Made by a program: the position numbers and the translations under genes
In this document: one piece after another, positions 62,253 to 64,000 of the stretch
How the letters are laid out: every line of letters starts with the position of its first letter
Numbering within the stretch: position 1 is the first letter of the stretch
The notes under the pieces: generated by a model
The model's input: the letters and a program-made list of their open reading frames with translations, nothing else
Databases searched by the model: none
Told to the model about the DNA's origin: nothing
From: a virus
Strand: one strand, 5' to 3'
Length of the DNA stretch: 64,000 bases
IMG/VR virus record: IMGVR_UViG_3300036766_001106
Coordinates: 6,984-70,983 of that record

Positions 62253-64000
62253 CTATTCCCCCATAATCTCGATCATTGAACACTGCCTCATATCAATCTC
62301 CGCCAGCATCCCCAATTCCTTTTTCAGGCGCGTCGTCGCCATCCGGCAGTATTCGGGATTCAGTTCAATGAGCACCGCCTCCCGCCCCAGCTTGGCGGCC
62401 ACTACCCCGGTGGTCCCGGCCCCGGCGAAGGGGTCAAGGATGGTGCAGGGGATCGGTTCGCCGGCGTTGCAGGTGCAGGTAGGCACCCAGCCGGTCGTGG
62501 TGGCCTGCTGAGTGTCATTCATGGGACTCATACTTTGCCCACGCTTATAGCCACCCTCACCCTGGAGTTCTCCGGGGATACCCTTGGATTTCATTTTGTC
62601 GTTATGCCAGTCTCGGCCTCCGCTTTTCTCCACCACCCTTCTCCACGGCGCCAGGCAACGGGGGCAGCACCCCTTCTCGCTCGTCCCCGCCTTGATGCAC
62701 CGCTCCGGGATCGCCGGGGGGAAGGTGTTGCCCGTAATGAAAGTGCGGCCCTTGCGCCGGGCTATCCAGAAGGTGCTTTCGACAGATGGACACCAAATAA
62801 TACCCTTGTAATGCTCACGGCCTACTGGAGCATGAACGCCGTTCGTGCCCCGCAAGGTGAGCCAGTCGCCCTCCGTGATATAGAGAGTGAAACCGCCTTC
62901 CTTCCGGGGGCTTATGATTGTCCGCAACCCCAAACGTAAAGCCAGCATTTGAGCAGCATCGAGAAACCCCCGGTCTTTCTGGACAATACAGGAGCGGCCA
63001 TCTTTGCGGCGATGCCCGTCCCCGTCAATCATAGCGTTAAGCAAAGCCCGAATGTCAGGAAGGGGCCAATTTATCCAGGACAGATCAATCTTTTTGTCGG
63101 GAGACTCACGATGTAGCCGTTCGGCCACTTCGCCTTTGACAGAGAAGATATTCTCAATGCTTGGCCGTCCTCGATACTCCCTCTCTCGTATTCTTTCGCT
63201 AAAATCGGCGTTAAGATTTTTAAGTAATTCCCTGATCCTGTCCACCTTCTCGGGATTGGCGCTCAGGGATTGATTAATTCTGATGATATGGTGACGTTTC
63301 AATTCTCCCTCAGTCAGATACCATCCAAATAGAGCCGCAAAATCTTCCCCTGGACCTTCCGTTTCAGTTACCAGGAGGGGTGCAGCGATTGGAATTTCCA
63401 TACCCGGCTTCAAATCGGCGGCCAAAACCACGGCCTCTCCACCAATTCTTCGCCGCACAAGGCACCGATGGTTCTCTGTAAGCCTTTGGCTGCTATCCCG
63501 CTTCTCTATTACAACGAGTTCACAGTTGACTTGATATGCCCAAAACTCGGCCGACTGCCAGGAAAGGACATGGCTCTCCTGGTCATAGCCGGCGATGAGA
63601 TCGCCATTGGATAATTGGTCGTGGGTTTTCCAACCGAACGGGGTCAATGCCTCAGTTTCAGCATCTACACAGGCAAAGTGAGCCTCGGGGAAAGGTGCGG
63701 TGGCGATGGTCCAGACTGATCTTAAATTCCGGCCACCGCCGCCGTAATCATTCCCTTTAGCCTGCAAAAAATCGGGCTTCCCTGCCCTGTTATTCCTCTT
63801 CGCCTTACCATCGGTTAATTCGTATCGACCGTATTCAGCACGTTTCTGGCTGGCCTCACTCGCTTGGGTTTCTTCCCGCACCGCCTCCGCATCATAAAAA
63901 TAATCATGGCCGCGCCAGAGGTTACGCCGCTTCCCGTCAATAATCACATAATCCGGCTTCGGCTTGGTGCGCTGGCCGGGCTTTGTAGGGTGTGTCCAGA
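62253..64000 (-). CDS. N4/N6 DNA methyltransferase with an intein (5' end outside the window)
   Basis: RNLRSVWTI, HFA/TFP, ILDPFAGAGTT, IELNPEY. Confidence 0.9.
   Translation of the reverse strand, partial: WTHPTKPGQRTKPKPDYVIIDGKRRNLWRGHDYFYDAEAVREETQASEASQKRAEYGRYELTDGKAKRNNRAGKPDFLQAKGNDYGGGGRNLRSVWTIATAPFPEAHFACVDAETEALTPFGWKTHDQLSNGDLIAGYDQESHVLSWQSAEFWAYQVNCELVVIEKRDSSQRLTENHRCLVRRRIGGEAVVLAADLKPGMEIPIAAPLLVTETEGPGEDFAALFGWYLTEGELKRHHIIRINQSLSANPEKVDRIRELLKNLNADFSERIREREYRGRPSIENIFSVKGEVAERLHRESPDKKIDLSWINWPLPDIRALLNAMIDGDGHRRKDGRSCIVQKDRGFLDAAQMLALRLGLRTIISPRKEGGFTLYITEGDWLTLRGTNGVHAPVGREHYKGIIWCPSVESTFWIARRKGRTFITGNTFPPAIPERCIKAGTSEKGCCPRCLAPWRRVVEKSGGRDWHNDKMKSKGIPGELQGEGGYKRGQSMSPMNDTQQATTTGWVPTCTCNAGEPIPCTILDPFAGAGTTGVVAAKLGREAVLIELNPEYCRMATTRLKKELGMLAEIDMRQCSMIEIMGE
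62727..63671 (-). mobile_element. Intein (315 aa) with a LAGLIDADG homing endonuclease
   Basis: CVDAETEALT, TENH, LFGWYLTEG, LLNAMIDGDG, ITGN followed by Thr. Confidence 0.9.

Overview
The whole window is part of one temperate tailed-phage genome, probably free or excised, because an intact attP lies mid-window. The host is Gram-negative (spanins present). Positions 1-16.2 kb carry an Xer-like recombinase, HU, a split Prim-Pol replicase next to an iteron-like origin, a Cro/CI switch, SNF2 and UvrD-like helicases (the latter with two related inteins), VRR-NUC, ParB-like genes and a tyrosine integrase with a tRNA-His attP. The minus strand from 62 kb to 16.3 kb is a podovirus-like late operon: terminase, portal, scaffold, capsid, adaptor/nozzle, tail proteins, a subtilisin, a SPOUT-like protein, ejection-type proteins, a 4689-aa polyvalent protein, an AdoMet decarboxylase-like protein and lysis genes. 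An intein-containing DNA methyltransferase runs off the right edge. The most unusual signals are: (1) small SD-led genes nested in the +1 frame inside the giant protein, at domain junctions; (2) a covarying two-hairpin/terminator RNA element present twice, about 50 kb apart; (3) a structured leader with a 14-nt anti-SD; (4) two replication genes broken by NAC-stop with a +1 continuation; (5) a signal-less subtilisin in the tail module with candidate substrates. All assignments come from reading motifs by eye; no database searches were run.
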